A stretch of 64,000 bases of DNA. Origin: Hemiscyllium ocellatum. Lineage: Eukaryota. Numbering within the stretch: position 1 is the stretch's first letter; the number at the start of each line of letters is the position of its first letter. A model generated the notes under the pieces. The model searched no databases, was not told the origin of the DNA, and saw only the letters and a program-made list of their open reading frames with translations. The stretch covers positions 95,608,135-95,672,134 of the forward strand of contig NC_083405.1 in assembly GCF_020745735.1 (NCBI RefSeq), read 5' to 3'. Of this stretch, positions 52,401 through 63,221 are shown piece by piece. A program made the translations under genes and the position numbers.

Positions 52401-53535
52401 TCCACTTTAGGTGCAATCTGTCCTTCTTGTACAGGTCACTTCTACCCCAAAAGAGATTCCACTGATCCAACAATGTGAATCCTTCCCCCATATACCAGCT
52501 CCTCAGCCATGTATTCATCTGCTCTATCCTCCTATTCGTGCCCTCACTAGCTTGTAGCACTGGGAGTAATCCAGATGTTACCACTCTTGACTTCCTTTTT
52601 AAATTCCTGCCTAAATCTGTAATCTCCTTTCAGAATCTCAACCTTTTTCCCTTCCTATGTTGTTGGTTCCAATGTGGACAATGACCTCTTGCTGGCCCCT
52701 CTCCCCCGTGGGAACATTCTGCACCCACTCTGAGACCTCCTTGATACTGGCACCAGGGAAGCAACATACCATTCTGATTTTTCGCTGCTGTCCACAGAAA
52801 CTTCTGTCTGTACCTCTGACTAGACCGTCCCCTAACACAATTCTCTTGGAACCTGACGTACCCCTCGTTGCATTAGAACCAGTTTCGATACCAGAAACTT
52901 GGCTGTTCATGCTACGTCCTTCCGAGAATCCATCTCCCCATACATTTTCCAAAACAGCATACCTGTTTGAAATGGGTATAGCCACAAAAGGTTGCTGCCC
53001 TAGGTGCCTACCTCTCTTACCTTTCCTGGAGCTATCCCATCTATGTAGTGTATCTAAGACTCTCTTTCTCTCTCTTTCCCCCCCCCCCCCCCATTCTTCC
53101 TATAACTGCCATCCATCACATACTGTTGCAAATTCTTCATTGCTTCCAACTGTGTCTCCAACCAATCCATTCAATCTGATCAGATTAGCAACCAACAGCA
53201 TTTATGGCAGATATAATCCGCAGTAACCCTTAAACACTCTTTAAACTCCCACATCTGAAAAGAAGCACACATCACTCTACTAAAGGCCATTTTTGCTCCT
53301 TCACAATCTACAGACCCAGAAAATAACACCCCTTATTCCTCTACAAACACTGCCCCAGGTTAAAGTAATAGTTTATGGCTTATATTTTTAAGTTTAATCA
53401 AGAAACATATCTCCAAAAACATTTAATCAAGAAAGAACCCACTCTATTCATTACTGCAGACTTTCTGTAGGCCACACTTAAAACAACAATTAACTTATCT
53501 GATTCTGTGCTGTGAACTTCGCCCAACAGTTCCTC
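49441..53535 (-). mobile_element. Near full-length CR1/HER1 LINE (5' UTR, esterase ORF1, APE-RT ORF2, 3' tail), inactivated
   Basis: ORF1 motifs LGDGLVRG..CCFPGA..IVHIGTNN..DRLHL (SGNH/GDSL). ORF2 motifs YYRPPN, GDFNFPNIDW, SDHN, NYRP, KFADDTK and VRPLLEYC. Confidence 0.93.
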
Positions 53536-53789
53536 ACTTTTTTTTATATTCTAAGTATTGAATGTTTTCTAAACACAGTCGTTGCATTAGTTGCAAGTTC
53601 ATTTTCTATGTTGTTTCCTATGAAAAACCAGGTCGTTGAAGAGTGAGTCCTGGAGTATTACATAAATTAGCCTCTTGCCTATTTTGTGGAGGAACACATC
53701 CTCTTTGCAGCCACTAACTTGGTTAGATGCTGTACTGTTTAGGCTCATTGGGTTACAAATTTGATTTTCTTTCTTGTGTGTTAATATAC

Positions 53790-55080
53790 TCATGTTGACC
53801 ACCTTGAGTCTGAAGGGTTGCATTCATCAAGGCAAGTATGGACTATTCCTTCATACTCCATGACTTATTCTTTGAAGATGGTGGACAGAATTTGGGGAGC
53901 TAGGAGTTGAATTACTTGACCCACAATTCCCAGCCTCCAACCTGTTATAGCCACAGAATTTGTTACTAGTCCAGTTCAGATTCTGATCAATGATAACCCC
54001 CAGGATGTTAACCAGAGAGGATTCAGTAATGGTAATGCCATTGAGAGTCGAGGGGAGATGATTAAATTCTCTCCTATTGATTATGGTCATTGCCTGGTAC
54101 TTTTGTGTCTCAAATCTTATTTGCCACTTATCAGTGCAAGCCTGAATGTTGTCCTAGTCTTGCTGCTTGTGGTCATGGAGTGCTTCAGTTTCTGAGGAAT
54201 GGTGTATGGTGCTGAGACTTATTCAATTGTCAGAGAATACCCCCACTTCTGATGGAAGAAAGATAATTGATGAAGTGTTTGAAGATGTATGTCCTCAGCC
54301 ACTACCCTGAGGAAGCAGTTAGATTTCAGGGTGGATTTGATTGAAGTCCAAAAACCATAGTCATCCTTTATTGTGCTAGATATAACTTCAAACATTGGGG
54401 AGTTTCTCCCACATCATATTGACTTCAGTTTTGCTCAGGCTGTCCTGTGGCCATATTTAGTTAAATGATCCACTGATGTCAAGGCTACTCACTCTCATCT
54501 CCCCTCTGGGAGTTCAGCTTTTGCATTAGTATTTGGACTGGAGTCAAGTGGCCCTGGCAGAACCCAAACTGAACCTTAGTGAGCAGATTACTGCTGTGTA
54601 ACTACCATTTATAGCTCTGTTGATGACACCTTCCATCATTTTAAGGTTTGAGAACAGACTGATGGATGGTAATTCTGTATGGATTTGTCATGATTTTTAT
54701 GGACGTGACATATCTGGGCACTTTTGCACATTGTTGGTTAGGTTTAATGTCATATCAGAACTGGAACAGTTTAACGAGAGATGCAGCTAGTTCAGCAGTA
54801 CAAATCTGCATACTGTTACTGGAATGTTATCATGCCTGTAGCTTTGCAGTGTCTGGAGACTTCAGCCATTTTTGACATCACATGGAGTGAATCAAATTAG
54901 CTGAAGACTGGCATCTGTAATGCTGAGGACCACGATGGTTTATCTTCCTGACAAATGCTTCAGCCTTGATATTTCCACTGATGTCCTGGGCACTCCTATC
55001 ATTTAAGATGAGGATGTTTGTAGAACCTGTTCCCTCAATGAGTTGTTCAACTGAACACAACCATTGGCAATTGTCATATG
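53790..55080 (-). mobile_element. Old L2/CR1-group LINE RT fragment
   Basis: Motifs LNGITI..NILGVIIDQNLNWTS and QFGFCQGH; homologous to 11700-12500. Confidence 0.65.
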
Positions 55081-55290
55081 CTGAGTAAAGTATTAGTCCA
55101 TCAATACCTATGGTGGGTTGAAAGAAATACAATAGATATCACTTCACTGTTTAAATGATTATGTTGAAGTTGCACCCTAAGGGAGTCAACAGTATTCTTT
55201 TAAGAATGTCTGTCTTTTTTTTCATTTGTTTTGTGTAAATGTACGTTGAACCAAATGCATAGGTCTTAAAATGCTTCACTTTGTTCGTAG

Positions 55291-55837
55291 ACTTGTAACT
55301 GAAGACCTTTTGCGAGGAACAGAATCCAAACCTTCATTGCAGAAAAGCATCACAGAAACTGTGACCACTGTGTCGGAGTCCGAAATGTCCAAAGATCCTC
55401 CCTTGCAAGTTCAGGAGCATACTAATTTCATACAAGCAACTGGGCCTCAAAGCCCCTCAGGATCACTGCATGAGGTGCAGAATTCTGTGGTGAAATCAGA
55501 GTCACACATGGTCGTCCATCAGGTTCAAAGTTCTCCTGTCCAAATTCACCAATCTCATCACTCCTCAGTGTTATTGCACCCTACCCAGGGTCCTCTGATT
55601 ATGCCCAAACAATCCCAAAATGCACCAGTTACCGTTCAACAGGTTCAATCCTCTCCAGCTGTGACAAAACGATCCCAAGAATCAACAGATGGAATACCTC
55701 CAATCCAAAGTGCTCCAGGTCACCAGTTTCAGAGCTCATCATCAACTACTCAAGTTTCTTCTGGTCAAAATCTCTTCATTGATGAAATTCATGCTGCAAG
55801 TACCAAAAAGGGCATTCACCGGAAAATGACCATAGAG
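55291..55837 (+). CDS. KIAA1217: KIAA1217 internal coding exon E (S/Q/P-rich, low complexity)
   Basis: Splice sites cgtAG|A and ATAGAG|gtattc. Open 547 nt from LVTEDLLRGT to QNLFIDEIHAASTKKGIHRKMTIE; both ends match SKT. Phase 2 to 0. Confidence 0.92.
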
Positions 55838-55992
55838 GTATTCTTGTGATTAATTTCTGAATTGATTATTAAATGGCCTCCACCTTGTGGGACCTTTTTT
55901 GCATTTTTTTCCTTTGCTTTATCATTGTATATTCTTAACCCAGTTGAATTGTACTTAAAGCTCAGAAGCTACATTTTTACTTATGACTATAG

Positions 55993-56173
55993 GCAGCAGA
56001 AAGAGAGTGGGAAGAAAAAAGACAAAATATGAATCAGTACGATGAAAAAGAATTTGAGCGACTCCTAGAGGAGGCACAGGCAAACATGATGAAAGGAATT
56101 CCAAGCTTGGAAGTAGAACCTGAACAGAAATCAATTACAAAGCTAGAGGAACCAGATGGGGTCAAACAGCCAG
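55993..56173 (+). CDS. KIAA1217: KIAA1217 internal coding exon F
   Basis: Splice sites ctatAG|GCA and CCAG|gtatgc. Encodes AAEREWEEKRQNMNQYDEKEFERLLEEAQANMMKGIPSLE. Follows a 155-bp intron. Phase 0 to 1. Confidence 0.93.
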
Positions 56174-57224
56174 GTATGCAGATTGACATCTTGATTGAAA
56201 AAAATGTAGATTGAGGTGTTTTAATTAGCTGATCTCAGAATTGTTGTGTTGTAGGAGAGGCCATTCAATCCATTGTGTCTGAAATAGCTCTCCATATGTA
56301 CATCATATCTTAGTACGTTTCCCTGTCCTTTCCTTGTAACCCAATGCATTTACTTATGTTTAAGTAATCATTTGAGTTCCCTTCTGAATGCTTGATTGAA
56401 GTTGGCTCCATCACAATTCCAGGAAGTACATTCCAAAACTGAAGCAGTCATTACATAAAGTTTTCTTGCATTGTACTAACTACTTTCGCAAATCACTTTA
56501 AATCTGTTTCCCCTGCTCTTGATCATTTCACTGGCAGGAAACGTTTCTCTCCCTGTCTCCTCTGTCTAACTTCTCCAATCTCCCTTCAACTGAAGTTTCT
56601 CATCTTGGAAACTATTCTCATAAACCTTTTCTGCACTCTCTCTAATACATTTGTATCCTTCTTAAAGTGTGATACCCAGACCTGTGCACACAAAGCCATT
56701 CAACTAACATCTTGTAGAGCTTCAGCAATGCATCCCTGCTCTTGGACTCCACACCCCTATAAATAGAGCTGAGTTTACTACATGCTTTTCTATAATGTTC
56801 TCCTGCATGTTTAATAACTTATGCGCGTATACATTTGGGTCTCTCTGCTTTTGTACACCCTTTGAATTATGCCTTTTATTGTATATTGTCTCTCCAGATT
56901 CTTTGCACTAAAATGTATCACGTTATACTTTTCTGTTTAAAGGTTTAATACTATCCTCCGCTCAGTTTACAATGCTTCCAAATGTTGTATGATCCATTAA
57001 GTTTGAAATTGTCCCCTCCACACGATCTAGATAATTAATATATCACGGGAAAAGCAAAGCTTCTAATATCTATCTTTGGGGAGCCCCGCCTCAAACCTCC
57101 TTCCAGACTGAAAAATATCTACTATTCTGTTTTCTATCATTCGGTCAATTTTGCATCCATCTTGTTATTTAATTACATGAACTTTTGCTTTTTGAGTTTT
57201 TTGTGTGGCTTTCGTTGTCGAGGC

Positions 57225-57580
57225 TGTTGCGCTGGAAAAGCACAGCAAGTAAAGCAGCATCTGAGGAACAGGAGCATCGATGTTTCAGGCATAACCCCTT
57301 CATCAGGAAGGGCTTATGCCTGAAACATCTATGATTCTGTTCCTCGGATGCTNNNNNNNNNNNNNNNNNNNNNNNNNNNNNNNNNNNNNNNNNNNNNNNN
57401 NNNNNNNNNNNNNNNNNNNNNNNNNNNNNNNNNNNNNNNNNNNNNNNNNNNNNNNNNNNNNNNNNNNNNNNNNNNNNNNNNNNNNNNNNNNNNNNNNNNN
57501 NNNNNNNNNNNNNNNNNNNNNNNNNNNNNNNNNNNNNNNNNNNNNNNNNNNNNNNNNNNNAGCTGCAGTGCTCACTTACC
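57225..57580. mobile_element. Palindromic PLE pLTR spanning the assembly gap
   Basis: Inverted arm ending ...cccttcatcagga, then gaagggcttatgcctgaaac. The 3' end ctgcagtgctcactt follows the Ns. Both flanks share tgtggcttt. Confidence 0.75.
57353..57560. other. Assembly gap (208 N)
   Basis: Run of N. Confidence 1.
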
Positions 57581-57746
57581 CCTTTTTTTGTGGCTTTGTA
57601 TTGTATGACTTTTATAGGTTCATGCTAATCCCATCAACAGCATGATTTTCATCAACCCTCTGTTTCCCACTTCATGGAACTCCCAATGGATAAACCAGAT
57701 TTTGCTTGAAAAAAAATCCATGCTGGATCCCTAAATAACACTCATA

Positions 57747-58180
57747 TTGTATATACTCAAGTAATACACAATCTCATGTAAAAGTCGACGCCTTATTTTT
57801 GGCCATTACCTGTATTTGGAATTTTCCATGTCTCATGTAAAGGTTGACCCTAGTTCTTCACAGATAACAGATCAATGTTTGAGTCAGTCTGCTGGCCATC
57901 ACATCTCACTCCAGCTTCCCAGTCTGCCGGTTGTTCTGTTCCAATCCGCTCCTGGTCTTCCAGTCTGCTGGCTGTTGTAATTCTGAAAACCCAGAGTGGA
58001 ACACCATAATTTGTTTTTTTATTATTAGAGATCAAATGGGCTTCTGCTAATGACATGATATGAATTTTGACAGACGTGAATTTCAGTCCCTCAAAAGTAG
58101 GATCCATGTAGTCGTCAACCCCACAAATTTAACCTTAAAAAGAAGTCAAAAAAATTTGACTATCACTTGAGTATATACAG
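57747..58180. mobile_element. Tc1/mariner-superfamily (Tc2/pogo-like) MITE
   Basis: TA|ttgtatatactcaagtaata ... tatcacttgagtatatacag|TA gives 20-bp terminal inverted repeats (TIRs) with 2 mismatches and a TA target site. No ORF. Confidence 0.8.
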
Positions 58181-58817
58181 TATGTCCATGTGATAATTGG
58201 ACATATCTCCTCTGGGCAAGATATCTTGTTAATTATAAGTGCCAACAACTTAGTTAATGTTTTCTACTTATCAGCTTTGAACCCTTCACCTGATTGAGTT
58301 TTGTCCTTAGTGCTGTGGCCTGGATAACATCTGCTCCTTTGTTTAAAAACAATGCAAAATATTGATTTAATACTTCAGCCGCAAGTGTAAATCTCCTTTT
58401 TGGTCTCTAATCAGCATTGCTCCTTTTTTTATATATCTTTTCATTATTCATGTGCCTAAAAAGACTGGGATTCTCCTTTGCTGGCTGCCAGTCTTATTCA
58501 AAACCCCTCTTTGCTGCTCTTATTTGTTTTCTCACTTCCCTGCTGAGCATTGTGTTCAGCTTGGTTCTCAATTCTATTTTGTTCCTGTCATCTGTGGTAA
58601 GTGTAATTTTTCTACTTAATTTCTAACTCGTTTGTCATCCGCAAAGTTTGTGATATGTTTATCCTATCTCTTCATTTTGGGGGCGTATTCTTTGACTGTG
58701 CCTTCTTTGAAGATAGCCCATTAATAAGCTACCATATCTCTGGTCAACATTTGGCTCCAATCCATCTAATCTAACTGTTTTTGCCCTACTGAAGTTGGCT
58801 CTCCTCCAGTTACATTC

Positions 58818-59130
58818 CATAGAATCCCTACAATATGGAAGTGGGCCACTCAACCCATCGAGACCACACCAACCCTCTGAAGAGCATCCCACCCAGAATT
58901 CACTACCCATAGCTAACCGAGTCTGCACATCCCTGGACACTATGGGCAATTTAGCATGGCCAATCCACCTCAGCTACACACTTTGGAACTGTGGGAGAAA
59001 ACAGAAGCATCCAGAGAAACTCTACACAGACATTGTCTGTGTGCAGTTTACACATTCTCAGTTGCCCAAGAGTGGAATCAAATCCGGGTCCCTGGTGCTG
59101 TGAGGCAGCAGTGCTAACCACTGAGCCTCC
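58818..59130 (-). mobile_element. HE1-related SINE
   Basis: Antisense tRNA head (ggctcagtggttagcactgctgcctcacagcaccagggacccgg) and tail. Confidence 0.8.
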
Positions 59131-59672
59131 ATTCTATTACTACTACTCACTCTGCATTGCCCATTTTTCTTTTTCTTATGATTCATTGGTTACGGTTTCT
59201 GCATTGATCCCCCACTGACACTTTGATCTGCTTAGCCCCCTTTGTTCGACTGGAGGAAATTTTCCTGAACACAATCTAAGAATAGTCAACATCAAAGTCA
59301 CTGACCTGTTCACAGAAATAATAATTGATTAAAGGATAAGGTCCCGAGTAGAGTAGTAACAAGTTGTGCTGTAAGTAATAAAGTGTCATTAAATAAAATT
59401 ACCCTACTTTCCTTTAATATCTACCTCAGTTGGAAGTAAATAAAGGTTTGAAATAATCTCAAGAACTGGTGATGCACAGGATACATACTGATAGCACTGC
59501 TTATTTTCCAAGTCTTTAAAGACCTGACAACAACAAAGGGTAATATTTAAGCCTGTTTTAGTCTGACCCCTGGATGATGATTCTTGACGTCAATCTGCCT
59601 ATTTGCAGTCAGTACTGATTTTGAAGTATTTTGAATCTAGTATAATGACACCTTCTGCGTTGTCTTTTGCAG

Positions 59673-59830
59673 AAGAGATAATACTGCCTGAACTAGGAAA
59701 TGAGAAATCCATGAAATCTCCACCACCACCTCCACCCCCTCGCAGATTCTATCCACCTGGTTCTGGCCTGACGACTACAAGATCAGGAGAAGTTATATTT
59801 ACAGCCAGGAAAGAAGGCAACCCTGTTACT
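59673..59830 (+). CDS. KIAA1217: KIAA1217 internal coding exon G (polyproline); 3' end could instead be 59834
   Basis: Acceptor ttgcAG|AA. Encodes KSPPPPPPPRRFYPPGSGLTTTRSGEVIFTARKE, the SKT proline-rich/'GLTTTRSG' motif. Donor is ACT|gtaggt or GTAG|gtattt. Confidence 0.88.
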
Positions 59831-60339
59831 GTAGGTATTTGCTTCTGGGTAACAAATAATTCTGTGAATCGAACTATTTATTAAAGATTGAACAGGGTGG
59901 GGAAATTCCTGATGCATGAAAGCAATCTCAATCCAATTACAGATGCTTCTATTGAGTGTTTATATATCACACATAGATGAGGACTCAAACTATTATATTT
60001 CTGTCTTTCACTCCAGGGAACCTCTCGAAACGAACTATAATTATCTCCTGTTAAGTCTGTAACACCTGAAGAGATGTACTTTCAACCCCTTTGTTGTGTG
60101 GTTTCATCTTTCTCTCATACAGAATTTGCAAGTAATCTGCTCTCAATTCAGTCATTGTTTCTTTTGGTTGGCCATTAGGCCATCTGAAAGTATTGACAAA
60201 ATCTATTTCTTGCTCCCTCGTGGGAGTCTTTGCTTAAAGATTTCTCTCCACTCCCCAGCTGGATTTGAGAACCATCTCGAGAAGGTAATGTAGCTGCAAC
60301 ACCCTACCATTCTATTAGGAAGTGTAAGTACCTATACAG

Positions 60340-60557
60340 GCGAAAGTGAGGACTGTAGATGCTGGGGATCAGAGACAAAATTAGAGTGGTGCTGTAAAAA
60401 GCACAGCAGGTCAGGCAGCATCTGAGGAGCAGGAAAATCGACATTTTGAGCAGGAGCCCTTAGTCAGGAAGGCTCCTGATGAGGGGCTCCTGCCCGAAAC
60501 ATCGATTTTCCTGCTGCCTGACCTCCTGTGCTTTTCCAGCACCACACTCATCTTGCC
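60340..60557. mobile_element. Palindromic PLE pLTR insertion
   Basis: The arms meet at two degenerate hammerhead copies (60441-60503). Degenerate TSD taagtacctatacag / taagcatctgtacag. Confidence 0.8.
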
Positions 60558-61625
60558 TAAGCATCTGTACAGTGCCACAATGCATACCAATATTTTTAAA
60601 GTGTGGAAATAAACGTATCCAACACGTCTCAGCAACAGTTATATATAGAGTTTCCCAACTAATAAATTACCAGTAGTCTTAATGGTTTCTAAATATTGAA
60701 GATGGTCCTGGCTGTGCTACTTCTCTCAAACAGTATTTAAGAACAATAGGCCCACTTTTGTCACATTTACTATCAAACAAATCAAAAACAATACTGATAA
60801 AGAAAAAGATACAATTTCTAACTACTTCATTCTTTCGGGAAACACTTTATTTTTAGAATCCCTACAATGTGAAAGCAGGCCTTTCAGCCCATCAAGTCCA
60901 CACCGACCCTCTGAAGAGCATCCACCTAGCCCCTCCCCTGTATCTCTGCGTTTCCCATGGCTAATTATGGGATGATGTCATTTATATAAATGATTTGGAT
61001 GCGAGCATAAGAGGTACAGTTAGTAAGTTTGCAGATGACACCAAAATTGGAGGTGTAGTGGTCAGCGAATGAGGGTTACCTCCGATTACAACAGGATCTG
61101 GACCAGATGGGCCAATGGGCTGAGAAGTGGCAGATGGAGTTTAATTCGGATAAATGCAAGGTGCTGCATTTTGGGAAAGCAAATCTTAGCAGGACTTATA
61201 CACTTAATGGTAAGGTCCTAGAGAGTGTTGCTGAACAAAGAGACCTTGGAGTGCAGGTTCATAGCTCTTTGAAAGTGGAGTCACCGGTAGATAGGATAGT
61301 GAAGAAGGCGTTTGGTATGCTTTCCTTTTTTGGTCAGAGCATTGAGTACAGGAGTTGGGAGGTCATGTTGCGGCTGTACAGGACATTGGTTAGGCCACTG
61401 TTGGAATATTGCGTGCAATTCTGGTCTCCTTCCAATTGGAAAGATATTGTGAAACTTGAAAGGGTTCAGAAAAGATTTACAAGGATGTTGCCAGGGTTGG
61501 AGGATCTGAGCTATAGGGAGAGGCTGAACATGCTGGGGCTGTTTTCCCTGGAGTGTTGGAGGCTGAGGGGTGACCTTGCAGAGGTTTACAAAACTGAGGG
61601 GCATAGATAGGATAAATAGACAAAG

Positions 61626-62439
61626 CTGTTGTGGTTCTTGCAGACGTTTCGTCCCCTGTCTAGGTGACATCCTCAGTGCTTGGGAGCCTCCTGTGAAGCG
61701 CTTCTGTGATGTTTCCTCCGGCATTTATAGTGATACAAACAACTCCCAGTTCCTGCATGAATGCCGAAAGAATCGAATCCTTCCACCATTTTTTAGATAC
61801 AGACCACCAGTCAACAACCCACAAGCCAGGGACAAAGCCAGACAGAACAGATTCAGGATGATCCAGGTAATGATTACAGACGCTCACTACAGACTTCACA
61901 AATACAGACAAGAAATTGCACGCCAAAAATCGCTAATTTCATAAACCACCAATCGGGAATGGACCCAGACCATAGAACAGGCCATCACCATAGAACAGAA
62001 CAGGACCACACACTGCAAAACAACAGCACTAAAAGAAAAAAAAGGCCAAACTAACACACAACAGAGAGGACACTACAACACGCACCTGGGTTAGAAACCT
62101 CTCCCACAGATAGCTCATAGACACTGAATGAACAATACTGGCCAAGGGACTCAACTACAACCACAGGGACGCCAAGACAGCAGACTTCCTAGCAGCACTA
62201 GAATGCACACTCCGGAACAATGGACTGACAGAAGAGACACAACAAACAGTGAGACAAAGTATCGTACCTCTGAATCACTATAAATGCCAGAGGAAACATC
62301 ACAGAAGCACTTCACGGAGGCTCTCAAGCACTGAGGATATCACCTAGACAGGGAATGAAACGTCTGCAACACAAATTTCCAGCTCGGCAAACAGAACCAC
62401 AACAACGAGCAGCCGAGCTACAAATCTTCTCTCAAACTT
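61626..62439 (+). mobile_element. PLE family 2, internally deleted: inverted pLTR, ORF N-terminal piece, pLTR
   Basis: TSD taaatag(a/g)caaag at 61613-61625 and 62440-62452. Inverted repeats at about 61640-61733 and 62273-62367. Motif WVRNLSHR.L.DTE.TILAKGLNYN. Confidence 0.85.
61640..61679 (-). ncRNA. Minimal hammerhead ribozyme, PLE family 2
   Basis: GCA-CUGAGGA-U-GUCACCU(AGAC)AGGGGAC-GAAAC-GUC^UGC. A second, weakened copy lies on the + strand at 62328-62367. Confidence 0.75.
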
Positions 62440-62769
62440 TAAATAGGCAAAGTCTTTTCCCTGGGGTTGAGGAGTCCAGAACTAGAGGGGGTTTAAGGTG
62501 AGAGGGGAAAGATATAAAAGGGACCTAAGGGGCAACTTTTTCACGCAGAGGGTGGTATGTGTATGGAATGAGCTGCCAGAGGAAGTGGTGGAGGCTGGTA
62601 CAATTGCAACATTTAAGAGGCATTTGGATGGGTATATGAATAGGAAGGGTTTGGAGGGATATGGGCCAGGTGCTGGCAGGTGGAACTAGATTGGGTTGGG
62701 ATATCTGGTCGGCACAGATGGGTTGAACCAAAGGGTCTGTTTACATGCTGGACGTCTCTATGACTCCAA

Positions 62770-62955
62770 TCCAGCCAGCCTGCACAACTTAGCATAGCCA
62801 ATCTGCTTAACCTGCATGTCTTTGGCCTGTGGGAGGAAATCCAAACACACAAGGCAAATATGCAAACTCCATGCATACAGTCACCCAAGGCTGGAGTCGA
62901 ACCCAGATCTTTGGTGTTGTGAGATAGCAGTGCTAACCACTGAGCCACCGTGCCA
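62770..62955 (-). mobile_element. HE1-related SINE 5' part
   Basis: Antisense ggcacggtggctcagtggttagcactgct...ggttcgactcc plus the V-domain. Confidence 0.8.
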
Positions 62956-63221
62956 TCCCAAATGTCATCCACAAATTCTTAAAATTTTGCACTGTTCATT
63001 AATCTCTTTAATATATTATGAGGAAGAACTGAATTCCTAACATTAATTCTGGGGAACTCCTTTAAAACGTTTAAAATTCTAAAACTGTTCACCACTACTG
63101 TTTCCTGCCACTCAGCCAATTCCATTTGCCAAATTTTTTAGCTCAAACTTTGCCCACAAGTCTGTATTGTGGCACCTTCTCGAATGCCTCTTGGAAATCC
63201 TTATACACCACGTTAATGTAA

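Larger units (their letters stand above)
56250..58810 (-). mobile_element. Old CR1-type LINE, fragmented by PLE and MITE insertions
   Basis: Scattered antisense ORF2 remnants; boundaries approximate. Confidence 0.45.
60975..62765 (+). mobile_element. CR1/HER1 3' part, interrupted by PLE family 2
   Basis: KFADDTK...WQMEFN...LEYCVQFWSP...LRGDL, resuming at 62441 to the 3' tail. Confidence 0.92.

Noticed and set aside
57303-57645. ORFs containing X runs
   Set aside because: Artefacts of the N gap.
4970-59830. Gene could be SRCIN1 (p140Cap)
   Set aside because: Exon C (TLKDVEEGA), exon D (EEPHKLESLLKRV), exon F (EFERLLEEAQAN) and exon G (GSGLTTTRSG) fit KIAA1217 better as I recall the two proteins. 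A tree or synteny check would confirm.
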